From: Pseudomonadota bacterium
GTDB taxonomy: Bacteria; Bdellovibrionota; FAC87; UBA2466
Reading direction: 5' to 3'
Assembly (NCBI GenBank): GCA_043767805.1
Contig: JAYUGC010000005.1
Coordinates: 1 to 19,013, forward strand
DNA length: 19,013 nt
The position numbers were made by a program, and so were the translations under genes. Shown here piece by piece: positions 7,961 through 16,648 of this stretch. Below the pieces are notes generated by a model, which saw only the letters and a list, made by a program, of their open reading frames with translations, was not told the origin of the DNA and made no database searches. Positions within the stretch are counted from its first letter, which is position 1. Each line of letters begins with the position of its first letter.

Positions 7961-8509
7961 TACGAGCCCTATGGGGATCGCTTTCGCTTCCTCCGCCTGG
8001 AAGACATGTAAAAAGGTAAGACCCAGTATTTTCAAGCCCTGGCGGCGAGCCTCGGCCTTTCGGACTCTCCCGTTTTAGGCGAGTCGACCCTGGGTGGACT
8101 AACCCGGTGGGGCGATGTTTTCTCCGCTCCCGAGTCTGGCTTTCGCAAGGCTAAGCCCAAAGCCTACAGCTGGTTTGACGCTACTGCCGAATGGCTCCTT
8201 GGGCCGGAAATGAAACTTCTCGGCTATGAAACGCCAAAGAGCCAGCCGGCCTGGACCCATTGGGTTGCCCTTTTGCTTTTTCCGCTCTGGCGCCGGGATG
8301 ACTTCTCCCTTCTTTTTCAGGCCCGCTATCGTCGGTATCTGAGGCGCTCGGGCCGACCCGTGGCTCGGACCCTGGCGCACGAGTTCTTTAAGGTGGCGAA
8401 CGGTTACTGGAGTCTCGCTAAACAAGTTTTGATTGACCGAAGTTACCCTGGTCTCAAAGACCGCGTCTTCATCGCGCGGAGCGCCTCGAGCGAGCGCAAA
8501 GCCGCGTAA
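7961..8509 (+). pseudogene. sulfotransferase-like C-terminal remnant with an in-frame stop
   Basis: The frame of ORF 8210-8509 reads upstream as YGDRFRFLRLEDM*KGKTQYFQALAASLGLSDSPVLGESTLGGLTRWGD...EWLLGPEMKLLGYE. This resembles the sulfotransferase 'RYEDL..P...L..FLG' and C-terminal 'M..LGY' motifs. TAA at 8009-8011; no N-terminal PAPS-binding loop. Confidence 0.55.
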
Positions 8510-8523
8510 TTTTTTTCTATCAA

Positions 8524-8808
8524 GGAGACGTTTCTTCAGGCGGTAAGGGGTATGCGGCCGATTGGTTCACCAAGCTCGCCTCCACCAAGTATTTCAAAGA
8601 CGTCCTGTTCCTGGAAACGAAAGTCGACGTTCAGATGTCGAAAGAGCGTTACATGGGCATTTGGAACTCGGTGAACGACCTCCGCGCCCAGTGCACGCCC
8701 CAAGTTTGGGAAAAGGCGATGAAGATGATCGAAAAAGAAATCGCGAACGAGAGCGAAATCGTCACGCCTTATGCGACTCGTGCCTGGACGGTTTGGCGCC
8801 AGGACTGA
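8524..8808 (+). pseudogene. C-terminal fragment of a class I SAM-dependent methyltransferase
   Basis: Not in the ORF track. Reads VSSGGKGYAADWFTKLASTKYFKDVLFLETKVDVQMSKERYMGIWNSVNDLRAQCTPQVWEKAMKMIEKEIANESEIVTPYATRAWTVWRQD*, with coding-like codons. There is no ATG before 8635 and no SAM-binding GxGxG. VSSG, SVND and PYxTRAW recall methyltransferase C-termini from glycan loci. Confidence 0.6.
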
Positions 8809-8841
8809 TCTCTCAGTCTCGATCGCATTCTATTTTCAAGT

Positions 8842-8918
8842 TGGTGGGCCCACCTGGACTTGAACCAGGGACCTATCGGTTATGAGCCGACTGCTCTAAC
8901 CAACTGAGCTATGGGCCC
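8842..8918 (-). tRNA. ileX: tRNA with CAU anticodon, most likely tRNA-Ile2 (lysidine-modified)
   Basis: GGGCCCATAGCTCAGTTGGTTAGAGCAGTCGGCT-CAT-AACCGATAGGTCCCTGGTTCAAGTCCAGGTGGGCCCACCA, 77 nt with encoded CCA. It has a G1-C72 pair and lacks three consecutive G-C pairs in the anticodon stem, so it is not the initiator. The GGGCC acceptor and position after rpoD favour Ile2 over elongator Met. Confidence 0.93.
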
Positions 8919-8975
8919 CGACTTCGCCCTTTCGGGGCTTTGCCGCGGCAAGCCCGTCTGGAGCAAAGAACACGG

Positions 8976-10943
8976 TTAGTTCTCTATGAAAGCTTTCAAG
9001 CGTTTGCTGCGGCTCGGATGCCGGAGCTTGCGCAAAGCTTTCGCTTCAATCTGACGAATACGTTCGCGGGTTACGTTGAAATCCTGTCCCACCTCTTCCA
9101 AGGTATGATCGGAGCTTTCGCCGATGCCGAAGCGCATGCGCAGAACCTTTTCCTCGCGAGGGGTTAAGGTGGCGAGCACCTTGCGGGTCTGCTCGGAGAG
9201 GTTCACGTTGGTGACCGCGTCCGAGGGAGAAATCATGGCCTTGTCTTCGATGAAATCACCAAGGTGCGAGTCTTCGTCCTCACCGATAGGCGTCTCTAAA
9301 GAGATGGGCTCTTTGGCGATCTTTAAAACCTTGCGGACTTTATCGACCGGCATTTCCATGCGTTCCGCGATCTCTTCCGGCGTCGGCTCGCGGCCGAGCT
9401 CCTGAACGAGGTAACGGGACGTGCGGATAAGCTTGTTGATGGTCTCGATCATGTGCACAGGGATACGGATGGTGCGGGCCTGATCGGCGATGGCGCGGGT
9501 GATGGCCTGACGGATCCACCACGTGGCGTACGTCGAGAACTTGTAACCGCGGCGGTACTCGAACTTATCGACGGCCTTCATCAAGCCGATGTTGCCTTCC
9601 TGGATGAGATCCAAGAACTGCAAGCCACGGTTCGTGTACTTCTTCGCGATGGAGACCACCAGGCGAAGGTTCGCTTCCACGAGCTCCGCTTTCGCGGCTT
9701 CGGATTTGCGCTCACCGGCGAGAATCGCCTCGTACATCTCTTGGAGATCGCGGGCGCTGACGTTGGCTTCCTGCTCGACGAGGTCGATGGCCTTCGTGCA
9801 GTTCGAAATCGCGTGATCGAGCTCGAGGAGGCCGGCGTAGTCGACGCCGTGTTTTGCCTTGAGCTGCTCTTCGCGTTTCTTGTCCCGTTTCGTCTCTTTG
9901 AGGACTTTGCGGAACTTACCGATGGTATCGACGCCGGCCTTGTTAAGGCTACGCGAGATGTCCGTCTCGGACTCTTCGATGCGGCTGACCTGCTGCTTGA
10001 ACTTGGCGACGATCTTGTTGATCGTCTTGCGGTTGAAATTGATTTCCTGAAAGACGGTGACGATCTTTCTGCGGCCTTCGGCGAGCTTTTCCCGGAGCTT
10101 CTTGCGCTCGAGCGGATTAAGCGTCGCCTTGTTCAGCTTAACGAGGTTCGCGTTCAGCGTTTTCTCGAACTGCCGAACGAGCTTCATGCCTTCGTTGATG
10201 CGCTGCTGGCACTCGGCCTCGTTGACCGCGTTGTTCGGATCCTGAGGAATGCCGCCGGGAGCACCGGGAGCTCCACCGACCGCGGCAACAGGAGCCTTCT
10301 CTTCGACGGCGGCCTCGTCGTCCGCCGCTGGTGCGCCGGCAACCGCCGCCGCGCCTTCTTCGCCGCCCTCTTCGGTATTTTCCGCTTCGGTCTCGCCGCC
10401 TCGAACGACATCGCGGGCGCGGAGCTTGCCCTTTTCGATCTTGTCGCCGATGGCCAGGAATTCCTTAATGCCCATGGGGGAATTAAGAATGACGTCCAAA
10501 ACTTCCGCTTCGCCTTCCTCGATGCGCTTGGCGATCTCGATTTCGCCTTCGCGGGTCAGCAGGGCCACGGAGCCCATCTTTTTCAAATAAAGCCGTACGG
10601 GGTCGAGACCGCGGGACATGGTCTCTTCTTCTTCGCTGGTGCCGGCGGGCTTGCGCTCCCCTTCTTCGCTGTCGCCTTTTTCACCGCTCGCGGCAGCGCC
10701 GCGCTCGCCACGGGGGCGCTTCTCGTCGGAATCGCCTTCCTCTTGACGAGCTTTGTGCTCTTTTTCGTTCTCAACGATCTCGATATCGTTGCTCTCCAAG
10801 AGGTTCATAACCTCATCGATCGCATCGGAGTCGGTGACGTTGTCGGGAAGGGCGTCGTTAATCTCTTCGTAAGTGAGATACCCCTTCTGCTTTCCGGCGG
10901 CGATAAGCTTCTGAAATTCTTTCTTCTTCTCGATTTTAGCCAT
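8976..10943 (-). CDS. rpoD: RNA polymerase primary sigma factor sigma70
   Basis: Region 1.1 ([13 protein letters not shown]), 1.2 ([11 protein letters not shown]), 2 ([13 protein letters not shown]...[12 protein letters not shown]), 3, and 4 ([20 protein letters not shown]). Confidence 0.99.
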   Translation of the reverse strand: MAKIEKKKEFQKLIAAGKQKGYLTYEEINDALPDNVTDSDAIDEVMNLLESNDIEIVENEKEHKARQEEGDSDEKRPRGERGAAASGEKGDSEEGERKPAGTSEEEETMSRGLDPVRLYLKKMGSVALLTREGEIEIAKRIEEGEAEVLDVILNSPMGIKEFLAIGDKIEKGKLRARDVVRGGETEAENTEEGGEEGAAAVAGAPAADDEAAVEEKAPVAAVGGAPGAPGGIPQDPNNAVNEAECQQRINEGMKLVRQFEKTLNANLVKLNKATLNPLERKKLREKLAEGRRKIVTVFQEINFNRKTINKIVAKFKQQVSRIEESETDISRSLNKAGVDTIGKFRKVLKETKRDKKREEQLKAKHGVDYAGLLELDHAISNCTKAIDLVEQEANVSARDLQEMYEAILAGERKSEAAKAELVEANLRLVVSIAKKYTNRGLQFLDLIQEGNIGLMKAVDKFEYRRGYKFSTYATWWIRQAITRAIADQARTIRIPVHMIETINKLIRTSRYLVQELGREPTPEEIAERMEMPVDKVRKVLKIAKEPISLETPIGEDEDSHLGDFIEDKAMISPSDAVTNVNLSEQTRKVLATLTPREEKVLRMRFGIGESSDHTLEEVGQDFNVTRERIRQIEAKALRKLRHPSRSKRLKAFIEN

Positions 10944-11001
10944 ATCGCGTTACCCCGTTAGGTCAGGAGCTCGGACAAAGGTATGGGAACAAACGGTAAC
11001 T

Positions 11002-11029
11002 ATTATCACAGAGCACAAGCCCCAGCAAA
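11002..11029 (-). promoter_or_regulatory. possible internal sigma70 promoter for rpoD
   Basis: Extended -10 TGTGATAAT with a weak -35 (TTTGCT, 16 bp spacer) in the dnaG-rpoD gap. Confidence 0.45.
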
Positions 11030-11033
11030 GCCC

Positions 11034-12827
11034 TTACTGTGAGCGGAGTTCCCTTAGCCGCTCGAGCAATTTGAGCTGTTCCTCTTCGTTACCTAGCCGT
11101 TGACCAAGCTTGACCTGGGTAGTGAGGGCGGTGATTTCCCGCTTTTTCCTCACGACGGTGAGCCGGGCTCTCAGAGCCGCGATCATCGCCTCCCCTTTGT
11201 CCGGAGCACTTTGCCCCATCAGCTTGGCTGAAGCAGGTTCCAGAAGGTACGGGCTAGCCTCCGTTTGTACAAGAAGTTCCAGCTCTTGATCGAAATTATC
11301 CGTGGCCTGAAGCCTCTCCAGCCACTGCTTGAGCCGCCCGTCCTTCACCACGTCATTCCACTCCGTGGGCGGAATCTCCCGAAAGAGGTCCGGCCAGTGA
11401 ATCGCAGCCTGATAAAGCTCCAAATCCAGGGGGTGGGGCTTCGGGGCGCGCACGGGAATGGTGATCTTGCCGCGGCTCACGGGGGCCGCGCTTTTTACTG
11501 GGGCCGCCTCTCGCGGCCGGCTCGAGCGGTACGCGCTTTCGGCCATTTCTTTCAGCGCTTCCATCGAGACTTTCAAAACGAGAGAGATGTCGTCCCAAAG
11601 TTGCGCTCTATCGGGAAGCCGCCGGCTGGCCACCAAAAGCGGAGTCAGTTCTTCCAAGGCTTTCGCGGAAGCCTCCGCGGTAAGCGATCCGCGCTGGGCG
11701 ATTTCCATCAAAAGCTTATTCACCTGACGGGGCGCTTTCGCGCAGAGCTCGTGAAAAGAATCCGCGCCGTGTTTCAAAACGTACTCGTCGGGATCTTGTC
11801 CGTCGGGAAGCGAAAGATCTTTGGCGAACATGCCCGCGCCCATCAAAGTGTGCACGGAGCGGTGCCAGGCATCGACGCCCGCTTTATCCGGATCGAAAAT
11901 GGTGACCACGTGACGCGTGAGAGATTTCAGCTGCTGGCAATGCTCTTCGGTGAGCGCCGTGCCCATGGTCGCGACCGCGTTGTTCACGCCGGCTTGGTGC
12001 AGGCCGACGACATCCATATACCCTTCTACGATGAGTGCCTCCTCGCGCATGCGGATGCTGCGCGCGTTTTGATGAAGGCCGTAGAGAATTCTTCGCTTCG
12101 AAAAAAGCGGAGACTCGGAAGTGTTCAGATACTTCGGCTGATTTTCTTCTTCGGTGAGAAGCCGCCCGCCGAAACCGACCACGTCGCCTTCGATGTCGCG
12201 GATGGGAAACATGAGGCGCTCGCGAAAGCGGTCATAGCCGTCGTTCGGCTGTTTCTCTCGAGGAATGATGAGTCCCGAAGAGACCAGCTCCGCGAAAGTG
12301 AAGTTCCGCTTGATCATCAAATCGCGCAGCGTGCTCCAACCCTTTGGGGCGACGCCGATTTGAAACGCGGCGGTGGTTTTTTCGGTAATACCACGGCCTT
12401 TTAAATACTCGCGGGCGAACTCGTAATCTTTGTGCTCGGTGAGCAGAAAGTGAAAATATTTCGCCGCCCACTCATTTACTTCGGTAAGGCGTTTGTTGGC
12501 GACGTTGACCGGGGCCTTGTCCTTGCGGTGGACTTCTTCTTTTTCAAGCTCCACGCCCGCCCGTTTGGCGAGCTCGGTGACCGCTTCGGGAAACGGTAAT
12601 GCGTTGACCGCCGAATAAAACGTGAAGAGGTTGCCGCCCTTTTGGCAGCCGAAACATTTGAAAACTTGTTTGAGCGGGTGGACGTGAAAGGACGGCGTCT
12701 TCTCGTTGTGGAACGGACAGAGGCCCGTAAAGCCCTGCCCGCTTTTTTTCAGCTCCACATATTCGCCCACGATATCCACCAAATTGAGGCGGTCGCGGAT
12801 CTGATTGAGCGTGTGCTCAGAAATCAC
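11034..12827 (-). CDS. dnaG: DNA primase
   Basis: CHC2 zinc finger CPFH...CFGC, RFRERLMFPI, KYLNT, and TOPRIM EGYMD and DPD motifs. Confidence 0.98.
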   Translation of the reverse strand: MISEHTLNQIRDRLNLVDIVGEYVELKKSGQGFTGLCPFHNEKTPSFHVHPLKQVFKCFGCQKGGNLFTFYSAVNALPFPEAVTELAKRAGVELEKEEVHRKDKAPVNVANKRLTEVNEWAAKYFHFLLTEHKDYEFAREYLKGRGITEKTTAAFQIGVAPKGWSTLRDLMIKRNFTFAELVSSGLIIPREKQPNDGYDRFRERLMFPIRDIEGDVVGFGGRLLTEEENQPKYLNTSESPLFSKRRILYGLHQNARSIRMREEALIVEGYMDVVGLHQAGVNNAVATMGTALTEEHCQQLKSLTRHVVTIFDPDKAGVDAWHRSVHTLMGAGMFAKDLSLPDGQDPDEYVLKHGADSFHELCAKAPRQVNKLLMEIAQRGSLTAEASAKALEELTPLLVASRRLPDRAQLWDDISLVLKVSMEALKEMAESAYRSSRPREAAPVKSAAPVSRGKITIPVRAPKPHPLDLELYQAAIHWPDLFREIPPTEWNDVVKDGRLKQWLERLQATDNFDQELELLVQTEASPYLLEPASAKLMGQSAPDKGEAMIAALRARLTVVRKKREITALTTQVKLGQRLGNEEEQLKLLERLRELRSQ

Positions 12828-13459
12828 TTCAAGGCGTCCTTAGTTTTGCGCGAAAGCCAGGGAGAGGATCGGATGGTGAAGCGCAATGGTGCTTCCTTGG
12901 CTTTGCTGATGCCGATACGGGAATCTGCGATAACTTGCCCGTCCGGCACTCGAATTCCTAGGTCGATAAGCTTAAAAGTCGGCCGATCGAACCGTTTCCC
13001 CTTATAACTCAAATCCACCCCGAGAGCCTGCGTCAACTTGCCCGGTCCATTGAGAAGCTGACGGAGGGCGACCTCCTGAGAAGCAAACTGCAAGCCGCGA
13101 TTTAGGATCATCGCGTCGATTCCCTCCACGGGCCTTCCCGCCCGAAAGAGAATCGCGTGCCCCGTGCCTTTGGGGCCAGTGGACACGTTCATGCAGTAGT
13201 GCATTCCGTAGGACAGATAGACGTAGCAGGTTCCGCCCGCTTCGAACATGGGCCAATTTCTTTCCGTGCGTCCCCGAAAGGCGTGGCTCGCCGGGTCTTC
13301 CGAACCGAGGTATGCCTCCACTTCGGTGAGCTCGATGAGCAGGGTTTTGCGTTTCTTTCGAACGAGCAAGCCTTTGCCGAGCAAGTGGCGGGCGACCACC
13401 GGAGCGGGTTTCAGAAAAAAGGAGAGAGGAAGGGGATCGCCCTTCTTCAGAGGGCTCAC
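12824..13459 (-). CDS. mpg: 3-methyladenine DNA glycosylase (MPG/AAG family)
   Basis: ARHLLGK, EVEAYLGSEDPASH, YVYLSYGMHYCMNV, NGPGKLTQALG and RIGIS motifs. Confidence 0.95.
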   Translation of the reverse strand: MSPLKKGDPLPLSFFLKPAPVVARHLLGKGLLVRKKRKTLLIELTEVEAYLGSEDPASHAFRGRTERNWPMFEAGGTCYVYLSYGMHYCMNVSTGPKGTGHAILFRAGRPVEGIDAMILNRGLQFASQEVALRQLLNGPGKLTQALGVDLSYKGKRFDRPTFKLIDLGIRVPDGQVIADSRIGISKAKEAPLRFTIRSSPWLSRKTKDALK

Positions 13460-13905
13460 TGGACTTTGGACAAGAGAGCCTGAACGGTGCCGCTGACGCG
13501 TTTTCCGTCGGCGCGGCCTTCGGCTTTCGCCATCACGGCCTTTACGACCTTGCCCATGTCTTTGGGAGAAGTGGCGCCGACCGCCGCGATTTCAGCTTGA
13601 ATGAGGGCGGTCAGCTCGGCGTCGGAAAAAGCCTTGGGAAGATAAGTTTTGAGAAGTGCGATCTCGCGGGTTTCCTTCTCGGCGAGCTCGGGGCGATTGC
13701 CTTTCGTGTAGGCCTCGACGGAATCGAGACGCTGCTTCACCAGGCTATTGATGGTCGCGTAAATCTCGGGAGCCGTCAGGGCGACACGGGTATCGATCTC
13801 GCGCTTCTTGATTTCCGAAATCAGCATGCGCAAAGCATCGACCTTAAAGGAATCACGTTCCTTCATGGCCGCTTTCATGTCGTCCTGAATGGCTTTGAGA
13901 TCCAT
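13456..13905 (-). CDS. yqeY: GatB/YqeY domain protein
   Basis: DMKAAMK, KQRLDS...ELAEKE..EI..L..YLP and KDMGKVV...GRADGK motifs. Conserved position after rpsU. Confidence 0.95.
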   Translation of the reverse strand: MDLKAIQDDMKAAMKERDSFKVDALRMLISEIKKREIDTRVALTAPEIYATINSLVKQRLDSVEAYTKGNRPELAEKETREIALLKTYLPKAFSDAELTALIQAEIAAVGATSPKDMGKVVKAVMAKAEGRADGKRVSGTVQALLSKVQ

Positions 13906-13946
13906 AAAATTTAGGAGAGAGGCCTAAGCCTCAAAGGCTACGGAGA

Positions 13947-14243
13947 CTAGTAACGTCCGCCGCCGCCTGCTCCGCCAGCGCCGCCCGTGCCGCCACCAGC
14001 GTCGCCGCCTTTGGAGCCACCACGTCCGCCACGACCACCACCCATGGGCGTCGGGTTGAGCCGCTTCATCAGCCGTTTACGGGCCGCGAGAGCTTTCTTC
14101 TTTTTGCGAACGGAAGGCTTTTCGTAGAATTCGCGACGACGGATTTCCGAGAGGATACCCGCCTTTTCACACTGCTTTTTGAAGCGCTTGAGGGCGCTTT
14201 CGTAATGCTCGTTATCTTTTACTTTAAGGCCTGGAAGTTCCAC
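13947..14243 (-). CDS. rpsU: 30S ribosomal protein S21 with a glycine-rich C-terminal extension
   Basis: [28 protein letters not shown] core. GTG start with GAGGG upstream. Confidence 0.97.
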   Translation of the reverse strand: MELPGLKVKDNEHYESALKRFKKQCEKAGILSEIRRREFYEKPSVRKKKKALAARKRLMKRLNPTPMGGGRGGRGGSKGGDAGGGTGGAGGAGGGGRY

Positions 14244-14278
14244 GAATCCCTCGTAACAGAATAAGGAAAAACACGCCG

Positions 14279-14306
14279 AGTATATGGTCTAAATGCACTA
14301 CGTCAA
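14279..14306 (-). promoter_or_regulatory. sigma70 promoter of the rpsU-dnaG-rpoD operon
   Basis: TTGACG-16 nt-TATACT. The -35 overlaps the queA stop codon. Confidence 0.75.
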
Positions 14307-15319
14307 GGAAGAATCGCCATGGCATCCCCATAGCTAAAGAAGCGATACCCTTCTCTAACCGCGTCAGCGTAGGCGGCTAGACTAGCTTCCTTTCCGAGAA
14401 AAGCGCACACCAAAATGAGCAGAGTCGACTCTGGCAGGTGAAAATTCGTGATCAACCCGTCGACCCTTTTAAAAGTATGCCCGGGGCGGATGAAAATGGA
14501 CGTGGCGGCCTCGGGGCCGTGGTCGTCCAAGGACTCCAAGGCTCTCAAGGTCGTTGTCCCCAAAGCGATGACCCGGCGGCCTTCCTTTTTGGCGGCCTCG
14601 AGCGCGGCCAGAGTTTCGGGAGGCACCCGGTAGGTTTCCTCGTGCATCCGGTGGTTGTCCAGAAGCTCGGCCTGAATGGGGGCGAAAGTCCCGTACCCGA
14701 TTTCGAGAGTCACTTCCGCCGTTTGAACGCCTTTGGCTTTTAGGGCCGCGAGTAAGTCCGGCGTCACGTGAAGGCCCGCGGTCGGCGCGGCGACTGACTT
14801 GGGGTCGCGGGCGAAAATCGTCTGGTAGCGCTCGGAATCTCCTTCGGTGGCGGGGCGCTTGAGGTACGGCGGAAGCGGCATCTTGCCGTGCCGACCAAGC
14901 CAGCCCAGAAAATCTTGCGGCTCCACTTTGGAGAACTGAATCTCGAAGCCGCGGATGGGGAGCGGGGTTACGTCGCCCTCGACACCGTCTTCCCACACGA
15001 GCTGGGTGAGCTTGCCGACCTTCTTGCCTGGCTTGACCAGGCAATCCCAGAACAGCGGGCCCTTCTCTTTAAGGAGAAGAATCTCGAACTTGCGGCCGCG
15101 GTCGGAAACCCCAAAGAGGCGGGCTGGAAGCACGCGCGTGTTGTTCATGACCAAGAGGTCGCCCGGGCGAAGCAGCTCGGTCAGGTCGCGGAAGGTGCGG
15201 TGCGCCCGCTCCCCCGTGTTGCGATCGACGCTCATTAAGCGCGCGGAATCGCGTGGCTCCACGGGGTGGAGCGCGATCTGCTCTTGAGGTAAGTCAAAAC
15301 TGAAATCGGACGGGCGCAT
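14303..15319 (-). CDS. queA: S-adenosylmethionine:tRNA ribosyltransferase-isomerase
   Basis: FDLP..QIA, NNTRVLPARL, PLPPY, YQTIFA, VAAPTAGLH, GTTTLRALES, TNFHLPEST and YRFFSYGDAM motifs. Confidence 0.98.
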   Translation of the reverse strand: MRPSDFSFDLPQEQIALHPVEPRDSARLMSVDRNTGERAHRTFRDLTELLRPGDLLVMNNTRVLPARLFGVSDRGRKFEILLLKEKGPLFWDCLVKPGKKVGKLTQLVWEDGVEGDVTPLPIRGFEIQFSKVEPQDFLGWLGRHGKMPLPPYLKRPATEGDSERYQTIFARDPKSVAAPTAGLHVTPDLLAALKAKGVQTAEVTLEIGYGTFAPIQAELLDNHRMHEETYRVPPETLAALEAAKKEGRRVIALGTTTLRALESLDDHGPEAATSIFIRPGHTFKRVDGLITNFHLPESTLLILVCAFLGKEASLAAYADAVREGYRFFSYGDAMAILP

Positions 15320-15350
15320 GCCGGCCAGATATAGAGAGGATCGCGTCCGA

Positions 15351-16553
15351 TCACCACCGATTTTTTGCTTCGAGGTGGCTGGGCGGAACTAAAGGCTGAC
15401 CACTCTCGATGGTGAGCTGAGGATAGAAGTGGTTGAGAATCTGTTTATAAGTCTTTCCGAACTTCGCCATGTGGGCCGCGCCCCATTGGCACATGCCTAC
15501 GCCGTGGCCCGAGCCCTGACCCGTAAAGTGAAGTTGGCCGCCTTCCGTCTTCCATTGGAAGTGGGCGCTCTTTAAACGCTGATACCCCAGGAGCGAGCGC
15601 AAGGAGTTTCCACCCATTACCCGAGTTTTTCCCGCGCTCTCGAGTTTGAGCGAAGTGATGCGGCCCGTGGGACTGCGATCGAGAGTCGAGAGTTTCGGCG
15701 GTAAAAGCGCTTTCGGAAACTTCAAGGACTCTAGCAACGAAGCGAAGGTCACCGAGAACTTCCATTCGAAAGGATGTTTTTTGCAGTAAGGACAGACCAC
15801 GCTCACGTGATGGCTCTTGTCGCCCTTCCAAACTTGATCCTCGGGCTCGGTGAGCCCTCCGCAGCGCGCGTGAAAGAAAATTTGCGCCGGGCCCGTGTTT
15901 TTCGTGAGGTACTGGCCACGGGTCGATTCCACGGCCTCGCGGATTTTTTTCGTTTCCGCGCTGGCGCCGGAATAAACCTGATCCTCGATGGTGCCCATCA
16001 AATCGTAGTGCGCGTTCTTCGGGTGCTCCGCCATCCGAAGCGCGTAAGTGCGAGACGCGACTGCCTGCGCTTTCAACGCTTCGATTTCCCAGCTCGCATT
16101 CATTTCGGCGGCGAGCGTGCCGGCGAGATAGTCTTCGATGCCCAGAACGTTCACGGCGAGCCAGCCGTCTTCCCCGCTAAAAAATTTCAGAAGACCGCGG
16201 TAGGCCCGCTTTTCATAAAGAAGCGGGTCGCCGGCGCCGGGACCGCCGCGGACGAACAGGATCGGCGCGGCAAATTTCGCATCGCGGCCCTCCACTAGAA
16301 TGTCTCGGGTTTTCTCGGACCAGACGAGGGTCGCCGTCTTGCCGATGGCCACCCAGGGGCCGGGGTGTTTGATTTTTACGTAAAGGTTGTTTCCGGGGGA
16401 CTCGAGGACGGTTTTACGGCCTGCCTTGTCTAGAAGCACTCGGACGGGTGTGTTAACATGAATGCCAGTCCGCACTTCAGGATCCCGCCCCAAAACCGGA
16501 ACCGCAGCAAAACACCAGACGAGCCAGAAGTACCGCAACCAGATTTGCTTCAT
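15351..16553 (-). CDS. SpoIID/LytB-domain peptidoglycan lytic transglycosylase
   Basis: Signal peptide, then IEDYLAGTLAAEM (catalytic Glu), EALKAQAVASRTYA, DQVY, GHGVGMCQWGA and ILNHFYP. Confidence 0.93.
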   Translation of the reverse strand: MKQIWLRYFWLVWCFAAVPVLGRDPEVRTGIHVNTPVRVLLDKAGRKTVLESPGNNLYVKIKHPGPWVAIGKTATLVWSEKTRDILVEGRDAKFAAPILFVRGGPGAGDPLLYEKRAYRGLLKFFSGEDGWLAVNVLGIEDYLAGTLAAEMNASWEIEALKAQAVASRTYALRMAEHPKNAHYDLMGTIEDQVYSGASAETKKIREAVESTRGQYLTKNTGPAQIFFHARCGGLTEPEDQVWKGDKSHHVSVVCPYCKKHPFEWKFSVTFASLLESLKFPKALLPPKLSTLDRSPTGRITSLKLESAGKTRVMGGNSLRSLLGYQRLKSAHFQWKTEGGQLHFTGQGSGHGVGMCQWGAAHMAKFGKTYKQILNHFYPQLTIESGQPLVPPSHLEAKNRW

Positions 16554-16648
16554 CGTCAGACTTGCCCCAGGTTTTTTGGTGACGCCGACCGATAGGCCGT
16601 CGTGAGGAAGGTATCCGTTAACTTTGAACGGCTGATCTCCATATTATC

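Noticed and set aside
7650..8000. Second sigma54 promoter near the 7746 dyad
   Set aside because: No GG-N10-GC with convincing flanks found on either strand.
7607..8035. 142-aa minus-strand ORF, and 8099-8425
   Set aside because: No recognisable motifs. They overlap the palindrome cluster and the better-supported plus-strand remnant.
8027..8840. 10-bp direct repeat TATTTTCAAG (8027-8036 and 8831-8840) as an att pair
   Set aside because: Contains no tRNA sequence, and the left copy lies inside the continuous sulfotransferase-like frame (YFQ). Probably chance.
8562..8885. 107-aa ORF from the track
   Set aside because: Runs into the tRNA antisense, and another frame (8524-8808) carries the protein-like sequence.
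8842..8918. Calling the CAU tRNA initiator Met
   Set aside because: Has a paired 1-72 position and lacks three consecutive G-C anticodon-stem pairs.
9453..10961. 502-aa plus-strand ORF, and similar ones at 4085-4753, 6096-6860 and 11265-12404
   Set aside because: Antisense shadows of rpoD, the kinase, the zinc-ribbon gene and dnaG.
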